Origin: a virus
Length of the DNA stretch: 64,000 bases
IMG/VR virus record: IMGVR_UViG_3300009320_000011
Location: 1 to 64,000 of that record
Direction: 5' to 3' (one strand)
How positions within the stretch are numbered: position 1 is the first letter of the stretch; every line of letters begins with the position of its first letter. Shown here piece after piece: positions 30,501-40,250 of the stretch. Both the position numbers and the translations under genes were made by a program. The notes below the pieces were generated by a model that was not told where the DNA came from, searched no databases, and saw only the letters and a program-made list of their open reading frames with translations.

Positions 30501-30833
30501 ATCAGTATAAATATTCCCAGCAATATCGAAAAATGGATTGAGCAACGTGGACCAGAAACTACTAGAAGTACCAATAAAGCGGAAACAATAGGAACTGAAG
30601 GACAGAAAATTACACCACAAACACAAAATATACCAGTAACTGCTACAACAACTTCAGGAACAGATGGGTTGGATCGTATTGCATTATTGATTCAACAATT
30701 AATTGGATCTGTAAATCAACCACAAAAGATATATATTGGAAACAAAGTAATAAATGAAATAACAAGACAACAGCAATTATCAAGACACCAATCCGCTGGA
30801 TTTGATGGTAAGTATGGATATGCAATACAGTAA
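27588..30833 (+). CDS. Tape measure protein
   Basis: 1081 aa, coiled-coil N-terminus, Ala/Gly-rich hydrophobic repeats (KAMQEFSTGV.W x2); follows the chaperones. Confidence 0.85.
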   Translation: MGNNDNLIKQQIQKLSLQEKELKSKRSALQLEKQTESVKKKILKLDKEIQDVKQKTNEIQEKFNTSEAEINQSEAEINQILSQNRDKIKDILNLSNDLSADLSKQLGVKQLINIVDRVQTDNARRINQDKAKEYNIRLQINDIGDEILNNEKEILSGNSDGLDISQQLLDVEYIRRDILESSKDLSDEQQKKLLKELNVREKLLETQQEIIIHEKRRNELIDEGVGKIESAFESIESGLKSIPGGGMLSKVLGIETFGKDFTKTIKDNLVAGRSAFEGLGSTVSSSFKVIGSALTSTLGSVLGLVAIFAILYSVLSGITEQVMETSKELGISTGQAKKLVDNSKEWVGRLGHGLATSEEILKAQGAIVKEYGSTNNISEELTDNILTMEHAFGVAGETTAKVSKSLEGMGLSKESIATSNILAGNLAEAAGVPIDAVMEDVANSSEMIHKFLPKMGPEIYKAAVEAKRLGLTLSEIGKVGEQLLDVQSNLEKEMTAQVMLGKQIDFDKSRQLFANKEPLKAIEVLMKGIGDINDLNYYKQQAITEATGLTVDQIAEYQRKQKEINELKIKDPIAHQAYKKAIKDLEDLNKLKKQSVEEEAASNLEARRMAILWDEIKQSLIKALAPIAERLLPILKAIAWVLSGIAEQGWIIQGIFITLGTIWAGKLLLGTITKLKKLGSLAKTVFTKMISQRAAATGGSGGYSSLFNKQATPKTPTAGTGGKPSKMMQGLSKIDWKKMLAGAAAMLIVAAAVWVMAKAMQEFSTGVKWSGVAKGLVSLGALAIVVAALSFISQNIILGAVAMVIMAGGLWVLAKAMQEFSTGVEWDGIWKGLTALGAFAIVTAAMAFVAPLILIGAAAIIVMSAGLWVFAIALQAIASVDTDSIFNGLKSLADIGPGLLLAAIGIGAISLAMAAFAGGSILGLIGSVFSEIGIVRTLTKLSNLAPGLNSVAESLNSIKASMDSLDGTKADISINIPSNIEKWIEQRGPETTRSTNKAETIGTEGQKITPQTQNIPVTATTTSGTDGLDRIALLIQQLIGSVNQPQKIYIGNKVINEITRQQQLSRHQSAGFDGKYGYAIQ

Positions 30834-30847
30834 GAGAGGTATATTAA

Positions 30848-32800
30848 ATGGCGTTAGTTGATATGAAATCTAATTTGGTTAAAGAACCAATCAAGCGTGT
30901 AATTGATCCATATGGTTTGCATAAAAAACCACACATAGCCGATCATTCGAAGTTGGATATAGATACTTTACCAGAAGTATATAACAGAGAAAGCGCTTTC
31001 TCTAATGATGCTATTAACCAACAATACGATAAATTTAATCTTCGAAGAGATGCTCATAATTCTAGTTATATAAAGGAACCATATATACTTCATGGAATTC
31101 AAAAGGACGGAGGATCAACACCAAATACACCACCATATTTAACTGGAGCAGAGCATCTGGTTGAAGATATTGCTCGCATAGGGAAATTCTTTATTAGTCC
31201 AAAGGGACTGGTATTTTTAGCAAAACAGGTTGGATTACAATTAATGAATCCAAAGGTGGAAACTTTACCAAATTGGCCAGTGGCGCTTATACCAAGTACT
31301 AGGATATATAATCTTGGTGTTAATACAATGGCAGCGGTTGCTACACCTATGTTACACCCATGGATATATATGCAGAGACATGGAGTGGATCCATTGGGAA
31401 TAATAGGTCCGGATTACGGAAAAGTTGTAAAGTGGAATAATGTGCTTGGACTTAATAGATTGGTTAGTATGACGAGTGATAATATGATATCAGACAGCGC
31501 TGACGGAACAGAGGCCAGCGAAACTCGAAGAGATAATAGAAAAAAATATTATAATATACTACAGGCTAAAGCGGGGAATGATCCACTGTTTAATTTCTTG
31601 AAAGGTTTCTTTGGATCATCATTCGGACAAAAGGTATTTAATATAATAAACCAACCAAAATATTTTGAAAAAAGAAGTATACTTAAAGAATTTAGACAGA
31701 TGAATATTGGATCGGTGTCTGGTCGGATGGGTCCAAATTCATTTTTTGGCATCGGCCGGACAAATATAAAAATTAGTAAAGACAGAACTCCACAGAGTTC
31801 TCTAGGATCATTGCCATGGTTCAACCTTCTTCCAGGAAGCAAACCAGAAAAATATTCAATAGGCACAGATCCGGTTTCACTAAATAGACCATTAAATGAA
31901 GCTGAAAAAACTGATTTTACTAAAAAATTAAGAGAATCAGTAAAACATCCACCGTCTTTTAGTGATGAATCAAGATATTCGACATTAGCATATAAGAACT
32001 TTCCAGTAAACGGGCAGTATCTAGATACACTATCACCCATGCCGATTCCTGTGGGAGAATTTCCCGATTTTAGAAATGGATTAGCTGAACCTTCGCGCAA
32101 GATTTATAAAGATTATAATCCGAAAACTAAATTTGGGATGGCTGATTATAAGCAATCAACTGACAAGGATAAGAGTGATTATACAACAGAACTGCCAGAT
32201 GCTTCAGATAAAATCAATGCACGGGACTATGATGAAAAAACTAAAAAGAGCCTAGAATTACCAAATAATATTCGTGATTACGTAACATTTAGATTTAGTA
32301 ATTTTAATGAAAAAGAACACATTATATTTAGAGCAACAATAACTGGTTTAACTGATACATTTTCTCCATCATGGAACTCAGTAAATATACTGGGAAGAGC
32401 CGATCCAGCTTACATATACTCTCAGTTTGAGAGAACAGTATCATTTAATTTTGCTGTTGCAGCTATGTCAAGAGCTGAATTAACAACAAATTATAAAAGA
32501 CTTAACGCTTTGGCTGGATATACAACACCAGAATATTCAGATCATGGTATGGTAGCTCCTTTTATTCGTGTAACAATCGGCAATTACTTTAAAAATACAC
32601 CAGCAATAATAACTGGACTAACATATACTGTTAATGATGAATCACCGTGGGAAATTAATTTAGAAGGAAAACCAGAAGCACCACAATTACCGCACGTTAT
32701 TGATGTACAACTAGGATTGACAATCATAAATAACTATAGACCTGAATTTGGTGGAAAATTCTTTAGCGTTGATAAAGAAATAATAGAAAATCCAGTTTAA
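30848..32800 (+). CDS. Baseplate / tail-tube initiator-like protein
   Basis: C-terminal FSPSWNSVNILGRADPAYIYSQFERTVSFNF...PWEI; follows TMP. Confidence 0.6.
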   Translation: MALVDMKSNLVKEPIKRVIDPYGLHKKPHIADHSKLDIDTLPEVYNRESAFSNDAINQQYDKFNLRRDAHNSSYIKEPYILHGIQKDGGSTPNTPPYLTGAEHLVEDIARIGKFFISPKGLVFLAKQVGLQLMNPKVETLPNWPVALIPSTRIYNLGVNTMAAVATPMLHPWIYMQRHGVDPLGIIGPDYGKVVKWNNVLGLNRLVSMTSDNMISDSADGTEASETRRDNRKKYYNILQAKAGNDPLFNFLKGFFGSSFGQKVFNIINQPKYFEKRSILKEFRQMNIGSVSGRMGPNSFFGIGRTNIKISKDRTPQSSLGSLPWFNLLPGSKPEKYSIGTDPVSLNRPLNEAEKTDFTKKLRESVKHPPSFSDESRYSTLAYKNFPVNGQYLDTLSPMPIPVGEFPDFRNGLAEPSRKIYKDYNPKTKFGMADYKQSTDKDKSDYTTELPDASDKINARDYDEKTKKSLELPNNIRDYVTFRFSNFNEKEHIIFRATITGLTDTFSPSWNSVNILGRADPAYIYSQFERTVSFNFAVAAMSRAELTTNYKRLNALAGYTTPEYSDHGMVAPFIRVTIGNYFKNTPAIITGLTYTVNDESPWEINLEGKPEAPQLPHVIDVQLGLTIINNYRPEFGGKFFSVDKEIIENPV

Positions 32801-32812
32801 GGAGAGCGAATC

Positions 32813-33124
32813 ATGAATATTGAAAGATACGGAACAAACAAAATCATTCTAAAGAATAAAAAACGGATGTATAATACAACAATATATCCTAAAATAGAAA
32901 AAAGCGCTAAAGATATATATATTTATACTGTCAAAGGCGATCGACTGGATTTGATAGCTGAAGATTATTATAATGATGTTGAACTGTGGTTTGTTATAGC
33001 ACATGCAAATGGCATTGGACGTGGTAGTATGTATGTCGAACCAAATAAACAGGTTAGGATACCAGAGATAACAAAAGTAAATCAATTTCTATTGGAATTA
33101 GAAGACTTGAATAAAGTAAGGTAA
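32813..33124 (+). CDS. LysM-like baseplate protein (gp53/tail X-like)
   Basis: TVKGDRLDLIAEDYYNDVELWFVIAHAN...VRIP. Confidence 0.8.
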   Translation: MNIERYGTNKIILKNKKRMYNTTIYPKIEKSAKDIYIYTVKGDRLDLIAEDYYNDVELWFVIAHANGIGRGSMYVEPNKQVRIPEITKVNQFLLELEDLNKVR

Positions 33125-33128
33125 CCAA

Positions 33129-33455
33129 ATGAAATATTCAGAAATAATTAAAAATTATACCGATAAAATATCTGGTGGTAAAGGCGATAATAGTAAACCA
33201 GAAGATTTTGATAAAAAAGAAGTAATCGTAGGACTATACGTGGAAAGAGAGCATACAAGCAATCCACAAGAATCATTATCAATTGTGCTGGATCATCTCA
33301 CTGAAAATCCAAAATATTATACCGACTTAGTTAATTCTGGAATCGTTGATGAAAAAGAAGCAATCACCGCAGCCAAAAAATTTGGAATGATAAATGATGA
33401 ATCAATTAAAGAAATGGTCAGACTATTAATAAGAAAAGAATTAAAAGGTTTTTAA
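33129..33455 (+). CDS. DUF5661-like protein
   Basis: GLYVEREHT....SIVLDHLTENPKYY. Confidence 0.55.
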   Translation: MKYSEIIKNYTDKISGGKGDNSKPEDFDKKEVIVGLYVEREHTSNPQESLSIVLDHLTENPKYYTDLVNSGIVDEKEAITAAKKFGMINDESIKEMVRLLIRKELKGF

Positions 33456-33456
33456 C

Positions 33457-35280
33457 ATGGCAGGCCGCTCAAAAGCATATTGGGAAAAGGATAGAACAAA
33501 ACCAATAGCATATGAATTCCCGTATCAAAAAACGGTGAAGGCATCTGTTAGTTGTAAGGGTCAAATTATATCTACTGATCAAAGTAAGTTCGATGATTTT
33601 TATGATACTGACCGGCACTTACCAAAATCAGCAACACTAACATCTATTGATATATCAACAGAAGGATATATGGGTACAATAAAAAAAGCAAGTGTTAATT
33701 TTACAATTCACGACATTAGAGATATAGGATCATATGAAAATGGATTACTTAGACCAGGAACAACTGTGACCATTAATTATGGTTGGTCGGGAGATGGCAA
33801 ATCTCAAGGCGGAGGCGAGTTCGTGGGAGAGACATTTAATTTTGGTTTTTCAATGAATGATTATGGTGGAGCGGATTGCAATTTAGAATGTCTAGGACCA
33901 GGCGCTAGTGCTTTATGGTTGTCTGTAAATAGAGATATACCAAATGGACCAGAGGATGAAGATGAACACGGACACAGCATGATAGTAAATACAATAATGG
34001 CATTTATTAGAGATTATATACGCGTGAATAGAGAAAAGTCTATACCAAAATACATGATAAATACAAAGAACGGCGTCGGTCAGTTTGAAATAAATGGAGG
34101 AGAAGAAGACAAAGATGAAGACAGTGATTCTTTTTCATATCCAGGATGGTATATTTCTTTAGGATCTTTAATAAAGTTAATGAACAAATATTGTTTATAT
34201 ACGGCGATCATATCTGAAGATAAAGCATATGAACCAATAAATACTATGCCGACGGCACGATATGTAAAGGGCATACCATCTGGCAATTATCTAAAATTTG
34301 CATTTCCAAATCCAGAGGGATATTATAATAAGAAAGTAACTTTCGAAAAGCATTCAGCTGCTCAAAAGGTGCCTTTTGTTGAAGGCGATAAAGCTCTTTT
34401 GGGAAATGCATTAATAAATATTGATTATCTATTTTCTATTTTTGAACGTGATATTGCTAAAGATGATAATGTTGATGTTACCGTAAAAACTCTATTCAGG
34501 GTTCTTTTTAGAGATTTATCTGAAGTTAGTGGAGGCGCCTATAATTTAGCACTAACACTTAAACCGAACGTCGGCTCCAACAATTTATGGTACAATAAAA
34601 GAGTAGCGTTACACATACATGATATATCGGATTATGGTAAAGACGGACCCAAAGAATATACATTTACACCATTTGTAGAGGGATCTGTTGTCCGAAATAT
34701 GTCATTATCAACTCAAATACCTGATTTACTGGTTAAAGAAATGTATTTGGTTGCTAGGGGAGAAGCATCCAAAAATAAACTTGTAAATTTTATGATGGAT
34801 AAATCAGATAATGCGATAGATCAAAATCAAACTTCAACTAATCCGTTTGCTTTCCCATTGCCCGTCCCAGAAAGTACGTATAGTGGCGTCGGCATAGATT
34901 GGGAGCTGCTGGAGCAAAAGCAAAAGCAAAAGCAAAAGGAATTACAAGCTGCCTATGAAAAAATTAAAAAATTAAAAGAAACACTTGCTGAACACAATGG
35001 AGCACCTGAAATGGCTACACAACTTATATCAGCGAATAGAGATGCCGTTAGCCAAGACCCAAAGTCTACAGTAAATGATTCTATATATCCATTAAATTTA
35101 AGCGTAACACTTGATGGTGATGATAAAATTTTACCAGGAGATTATATAACTAGTGGTTGGCTTCCAAGAAAATATCAAAAAGGTCTTGATTTTATGGTAA
35201 CAAAAATTTCACATAAAATAACTGTCAATGATTGGGAAACAGACATAGAAACACAGTGCAAGGTTAAGAAATCATCATGA
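33457..35280 (+). CDS. Baseplate hub-like structural protein
   Basis: PGTTVTINYGWS; C-terminal FMVTKISHKITVNDWETDIE; synteny. Confidence 0.55.
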   Translation: MAGRSKAYWEKDRTKPIAYEFPYQKTVKASVSCKGQIISTDQSKFDDFYDTDRHLPKSATLTSIDISTEGYMGTIKKASVNFTIHDIRDIGSYENGLLRPGTTVTINYGWSGDGKSQGGGEFVGETFNFGFSMNDYGGADCNLECLGPGASALWLSVNRDIPNGPEDEDEHGHSMIVNTIMAFIRDYIRVNREKSIPKYMINTKNGVGQFEINGGEEDKDEDSDSFSYPGWYISLGSLIKLMNKYCLYTAIISEDKAYEPINTMPTARYVKGIPSGNYLKFAFPNPEGYYNKKVTFEKHSAAQKVPFVEGDKALLGNALINIDYLFSIFERDIAKDDNVDVTVKTLFRVLFRDLSEVSGGAYNLALTLKPNVGSNNLWYNKRVALHIHDISDYGKDGPKEYTFTPFVEGSVVRNMSLSTQIPDLLVKEMYLVARGEASKNKLVNFMMDKSDNAIDQNQTSTNPFAFPLPVPESTYSGVGIDWELLEQKQKQKQKELQAAYEKIKKLKETLAEHNGAPEMATQLISANRDAVSQDPKSTVNDSIYPLNLSVTLDGDDKILPGDYITSGWLPRKYQKGLDFMVTKISHKITVNDWETDIETQCKVKKSS

Positions 35281-35921
35281 CAGTCTATAGAAAAAGAATA
35301 TATTATCCCGAATCCCAAATGACGTTGGGACTAACTACTGATGGTGGCGAATATATGACATTAGATGATGTTGAATATATAGGAGCGTATCATAAATATA
35401 GTGATGGCGCAATATATACTGGTGGTTCATATACATCTAATTCAAAACCATTGATCAAATATAGATTAAATGAACCAGAATCGTCTTTGTTATATGATAA
35501 AATAGTCCAACATGCATTTCCTAAAAAATCACTATTAACACCACAGCAACCAATATTAACAGAAGATGATTATAAGATTGGCAGCATTTCGAGATATATA
35601 GCAGTGAGAATTAATGATTATACTGGTGATTCTGTAATTGAAATATCAGAAAAAGACTATACAAAATTTAGAGTAAAGAAAACATCAGCGTCGTTCATAT
35701 ACAATCTCATCGAAATCAAATGGAAATTAACTGGATCAATGAATGATATATATGATAAAGATGTTAGATTGGAAAGTGGCGTGTATGATACAAACAAACG
35801 GATCATAGAATCAGCGTCACAGAGAACTGGATTCTCATGTCTAAAAAATGTTATAACTGACTATTTGAGATATACCATATATGATCCAAATACACCAGTT
35901 CAGATTAAAAATATGTTTTGA
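35277..35921 (+). CDS. Hypothetical (likely baseplate) protein
   Basis: 214 aa ORF overlapping the previous gene. Confidence 0.5.
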   Translation: MTVYRKRIYYPESQMTLGLTTDGGEYMTLDDVEYIGAYHKYSDGAIYTGGSYTSNSKPLIKYRLNEPESSLLYDKIVQHAFPKKSLLTPQQPILTEDDYKIGSISRYIAVRINDYTGDSVIEISEKDYTKFRVKKTSASFIYNLIEIKWKLTGSMNDIYDKDVRLESGVYDTNKRIIESASQRTGFSCLKNVITDYLRYTIYDPNTPVQIKNMF

Positions 35922-35951
35922 TAATTCAAGTTTTTTTTGTATATTTGTATA

Positions 35952-37289
35952 ATGATTATTGATAATTTAGATGGCTTTAATGTTTTTTTGGAAGATGCTT
36001 CCAAAAAGAATGTATTATTGATTCCAATATATTCTGATATAAACAAACATTCGGTTAATAACCGAATCAGTCTGCTTTATATTCATGTAATTGGCGGCAA
36101 TACATATGTGATTCCATCAAATCATTCCGAATCACTAGTGGATAAAAAGTTAATTGACAAAATAAAACTCGATGGTCTGGTTTTTGTATTAAACAAAAAG
36201 AGGTTCATGTATCATATGAAATTTGAATCAATGTTTGATTATAATACATTGAATTACTTTTATACAAATAATCCAATTGACATAGAATCATATGAAAATA
36301 ACTGTATATCATATTATACTAGACGTCGTGGCAATATCAAGAATATTATTGACATAGTACCGCTTATAAAAATAGTGGAAATGTGTAATAAGATCAGAGA
36401 TAATTTTATAGAATTCTATAAAAATACAAAAATCACCGATCAATTTGCATACTATGATCTGGCGTTTAATGATACATTGTTTAATATTGAAAAAAATGGA
36501 TTAAAAGTAACTGATAGATTCCATCACTTGTTTAACTACAATCAACTAGTGTCATCTCTTGTGTACAGCGAGTATAATATATTCACACGCACAGGTCGTA
36601 CGAGCAATGCATTTGGTGGCGTAAATTTTTCTGCAATCAATAATAACGAAGATCGAGAGTGCTTTATTAGTAGATTTGGCAAAGATGGCATGATGATCCA
36701 ATTTGACCATACAGCATATCATTTATATTTGGTTGCATCTTTAATTGGTTATACATTTCCAAAGGACGTGAGTGCTCATGAATATCTGGGTAGATTTTAT
36801 TATAATAAAGAATCACTGACTGAAGATGAAATTGCAGAAGCAAAAAAAATAAATTTTAATATATTGTATGGCGGCATAGATGAGGATTTCTTGAGCATAC
36901 CATTTTTCAATTTAACAAATTCTTACATAGAAGAACAATGGAAAAGTTTTGAAAATGATACTTATATCTGTAGTCCGATTTTTAAGAGGAAAATCAAAAA
37001 ATCATCTATCGATGATATGAGTCCAAATAAACTGTTTAACTATTTAATTCAATCAATGGAATCGGAAACAAGTATAATGAATATTAATAAGGTCGTTAAA
37101 CTACTGGATAGTTTCAAATCAAAAATAATATTATATACTTATGATAGCATATTGGTTGATTTTAATAAAGCTGATGGGGGTGAATTGATTACGGATATTA
37201 AGAATACTTTGGAATGTGAAGGAAAATATCCGACATCAGTTAAAATTGGTTATGATTATTTCAATATAATAAATGTAGATAAACTATGA
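35952..37289 (+). CDS. Family A DNA polymerase-like protein (divergent, short)
   Basis: RTGRTS, QFDHTAYH (motif A), AKKINFNILYG (motif B), YTYDSILVD (motif C). Confidence 0.7.
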   Translation: MIIDNLDGFNVFLEDASKKNVLLIPIYSDINKHSVNNRISLLYIHVIGGNTYVIPSNHSESLVDKKLIDKIKLDGLVFVLNKKRFMYHMKFESMFDYNTLNYFYTNNPIDIESYENNCISYYTRRRGNIKNIIDIVPLIKIVEMCNKIRDNFIEFYKNTKITDQFAYYDLAFNDTLFNIEKNGLKVTDRFHHLFNYNQLVSSLVYSEYNIFTRTGRTSNAFGGVNFSAINNNEDRECFISRFGKDGMMIQFDHTAYHLYLVASLIGYTFPKDVSAHEYLGRFYYNKESLTEDEIAEAKKINFNILYGGIDEDFLSIPFFNLTNSYIEEQWKSFENDTYICSPIFKRKIKKSSIDDMSPNKLFNYLIQSMESETSIMNINKVVKLLDSFKSKIILYTYDSILVDFNKADGGELITDIKNTLECEGKYPTSVKIGYDYFNIINVDKL

Positions 37290-38893
37290 TAAATCAAAAA
37301 TTAATACTTAAAAAGTGGGCACAAAGTATACCCAATGGTGTAATTGATACTAAAAATATTGTACATCAAGCAAATTTAATTGAAATATTGCGAGATATGA
37401 ACATTGAAGAAGATCAAATTCAAGAAGTAATGTCGAGTATTCGTGGCGAAATCAATGAAGAACAAATGGTACCCAATCCAAATCCGAGTCCAAATAAAAA
37501 AAAGGACATGGTTACACTAGCGTATGCTAGAACATTTTATGAGAAGGGCGGTGATACTGGACTATCTGATGATGAAATAGTGAAAAAAGCAAAAGAGGAT
37601 AGTAAAGGTAAAGATAAAAAGGAAACTGAAGACACCAAACAGAAAAAGGATGTAATTAGTGTATCTGATAAAACTAAACAGGATTATTCCGAAATCTTAT
37701 CAAATATGGATACGATGACCGAACAAGCTGATCAAACCACAAAAGATAGAATAAAAATTCTAAAGCAATCAATTAATAAATTTATGGAATCGGATAACTA
37801 TGAAGACCAAGTATCAGCAATACGTGAAATGGTTGAATATGGTTTAATAGAGGCTCCAATTGGATCTAAAAGTAAAAAAATATATTTATCAGATAATACA
37901 ACACTACCATATAAATTTATTACTAAAAGTAGTGGAACTCAACTAACAGCTGCTATGATAAAAATTATTAGGGCTGAAGGAATAGACGTTCCACTCCGAT
38001 CAAGTGGCAGAAGAACCGGATCAGCATACTATGGAGCTCACAATGAGAGTGGAATTGCATCTTATGTTTTTTCAAGTAAAGAAAATAAAGATATATATGA
38101 ATCTGCTAAAACAGAACTAATTGGAGCTGGAGAAACCGAAGAACAAAAATATGATGATATAAATAAAAAAACAGCAAAACTTATATTAGAAGCATTGCCG
38201 GAAGGATCTAAGGTTACGGATTGTTTAGCCGTTGGTGGAATAGGTAAATTGGAATTAGAAAAAATGGGAATATCCAATAGAACGGATCCAACCGATATCG
38301 TGGTTACCTATAAAGATAAGGAAGGCAACACTAAATACACGAAATTATCAGCCAAAATATATTCTGATCCGAGTAGAATTACAATGAAAAATGCTGGAAT
38401 GACAGACGCTGGAGTAACATATTTGGGTGACGCTGGAAAAGAAGTAGATGATGTTGTTCTAGCTATGAGAGAAAAACACAAGTGGGATGATTCGATGTCT
38501 GTTCAAGAGAAAAAACAAAAAAAGGTAGATTTTAAGAAGGAATATATGAATATGTTTTTCTCAAAAATGGAGGAATTATCCAAAACAGATGCGGGACAAG
38601 ACCAACTCATTAAAATGTGGAGTGATATACATGGCTGCGGTGCAGATGTAAGTACATCAATAGCAAATAAACGCACAGGGAATGTTGAATTAAAACCACC
38701 AAATTATTATTGTATTGGTATAAAAAAACCACTCAAAACATCACACGATGGAACTAAAATGATAATTGAAGTAGATGGTAATAATGATTCTTTTATTCAA
38801 ATTGATGTTAAAACAGAGGATAAAGCAGCACCGGTATTGTTATTTAGACATATAACAAAAAAAATTAAAAAAACAAAAGATGATAAAAAATAG
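37286..38893 (+). CDS. Hypothetical protein, possible PD-(D/E)xK nuclease-like C-terminal half
   Basis: 535 aa; DPTDIVV...KLSAKIY. Confidence 0.45.
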   Translation: MINQKLILKKWAQSIPNGVIDTKNIVHQANLIEILRDMNIEEDQIQEVMSSIRGEINEEQMVPNPNPSPNKKKDMVTLAYARTFYEKGGDTGLSDDEIVKKAKEDSKGKDKKETEDTKQKKDVISVSDKTKQDYSEILSNMDTMTEQADQTTKDRIKILKQSINKFMESDNYEDQVSAIREMVEYGLIEAPIGSKSKKIYLSDNTTLPYKFITKSSGTQLTAAMIKIIRAEGIDVPLRSSGRRTGSAYYGAHNESGIASYVFSSKENKDIYESAKTELIGAGETEEQKYDDINKKTAKLILEALPEGSKVTDCLAVGGIGKLELEKMGISNRTDPTDIVVTYKDKEGNTKYTKLSAKIYSDPSRITMKNAGMTDAGVTYLGDAGKEVDDVVLAMREKHKWDDSMSVQEKKQKKVDFKKEYMNMFFSKMEELSKTDAGQDQLIKMWSDIHGCGADVSTSIANKRTGNVELKPPNYYCIGIKKPLKTSHDGTKMIIEVDGNNDSFIQIDVKTEDKAAPVLLFRHITKKIKKTKDDKK

Positions 38894-38940
38894 AATTTTG
38901 GTATTGAAAATTTAATTAGCAAAATACTCGGAGAAAATGA

Positions 38941-39333
38941 TTGAAGTTACAACTAATAGTCACATTCACTAACAAAAAATCACTACAAAATGTTACTAAA
39001 AACATCGTAGATAAATTTGATAACATATTAAATAATAAAATATATGTACTATCAACATCTGGCGAAAAATTAATATGTAGTTATTCTGTTCAGTTAAAAG
39101 AGCCAATAGCTTTTCTATCTGATAGTATTTTGGTACATAGGAAAAAATATACGAATACGTTATATTCTATAAATGCACTAAATTTCATAATAAAAAGAAT
39201 GAACAATGGTTTGTTAGATAAAACATTACAAATTCCATGGGACAATTATGAGAATTGCTTATTAATTATTGATAACGGAGAATTAAAAAAAATAAATACA
39301 AACCTATCAGAAATAATAAATATTGAAAAATAA
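38941..39333 (+). CDS. Hypothetical phage protein
   Basis: TTG start with GGAG; VHRKKYTNTLYSINALN; upstream of SSB. Confidence 0.6.
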   Translation: MKLQLIVTFTNKKSLQNVTKNIVDKFDNILNNKIYVLSTSGEKLICSYSVQLKEPIAFLSDSILVHRKKYTNTLYSINALNFIIKRMNNGLLDKTLQIPWDNYENCLLIIDNGELKKINTNLSEIINIEK

Positions 39334-39410
39334 AGCTTGTACAACTGAAAAAAAAGTTGTATATTCGTGTAAATTAAACATTAATTAAAACTAAAAAAGG
39401 AGAATTAAAA

Positions 39411-40232
39411 ATGCCAATTGACAAAAAAATTATTAAAGAGAAATTAGAAAGAATTTCACAATCAGCCAGACGTAGAAAAATCGTTTGGAAACCAGACGCA
39501 GGAGACCAATATGTACGTATTGTTCCTTATAAATCAAATCCGGGCTTCCCATTTATTGAACTATATTTCCATTATGGATTTATGGGTAAGAACATTTTAT
39601 CACCAACAACATTTGATGAACCAGACCCATTGGTAGAATATGCCAATAAACTGAGAGAATCAGGTGATAAAAAGGATTATGAAAATTCTAAAAAGTTATT
39701 TCCAAAAATGAGAGTTTATGCTCCGATCCTTGTTCGTGGTGAAGAAGGAGAAGGTGTTAAATTCTGGGGATTTAATAAAACCATTTATGAAGAATTCTTA
39801 GGAATATTAAGTGATCCTGTTTGGGGCGATATTACTGACCCAGCAGAAGGTAGAGATGTAAAAGTAACATTTATACCAGCAAAGAGTAAGGATACATATC
39901 CAAAAACTACTATTGTGGTACAACCAAATATTACACCAATTAGTACAGATACGGCGATCATATCTGAAGTGAAGAATCAAGCACCAATATCTGATGCTTA
40001 TACAACACCAACATATGAGGAAATGGTTGATTTGTTAAATGAATATTTGGAGGTTACACCTGAATCAGATGAAGAAGAAGAAGACAAACCGAAAGAGCCA
40101 ACAGAAAAAGGTTATGATGATCTACCATTCGATAGCAAAGAAGTTCCAGAAAAAAAGGAATCAACCAAGAATGTTAGAGGCATCGATAAACTAAAAAGCG
40201 AGTTGGATAACTTATTCCCATCAGAAGAATAA
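39411..40232 (+). CDS. gp32: Single-stranded DNA-binding protein (gp32-like)
   Basis: WKP..G.QYVRIVP, ELYFHY, WGDITDPAEGRDVKV, acidic tail. Confidence 0.85.
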   Translation: MPIDKKIIKEKLERISQSARRRKIVWKPDAGDQYVRIVPYKSNPGFPFIELYFHYGFMGKNILSPTTFDEPDPLVEYANKLRESGDKKDYENSKKLFPKMRVYAPILVRGEEGEGVKFWGFNKTIYEEFLGILSDPVWGDITDPAEGRDVKVTFIPAKSKDTYPKTTIVVQPNITPISTDTAIISEVKNQAPISDAYTTPTYEEMVDLLNEYLEVTPESDEEEEDKPKEPTEKGYDDLPFDSKEVPEKKESTKNVRGIDKLKSELDNLFPSEE

Positions 40233-40250
40233 ATAAATTAAGAGATTTTT

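Noticed and set aside
18323-30566. Diversity-generating retroelement TR/VR pair
   Set aside because: Only one mismatch and no reverse transcriptase in the window
26511-32100. Long minus-strand ORFs (26511-27212, 29966-30574, 31549-32100) and similar ones elsewhere
   Set aside because: They overlap well-supported plus-strand genes and show no motifs
38888-38944. Third stop-hop site (AAA TAG AAT, then 16 open codons)
   Set aside because: Flanking codons are not cognate, no stem ends at the pre-stop codon, and no known motif is restored
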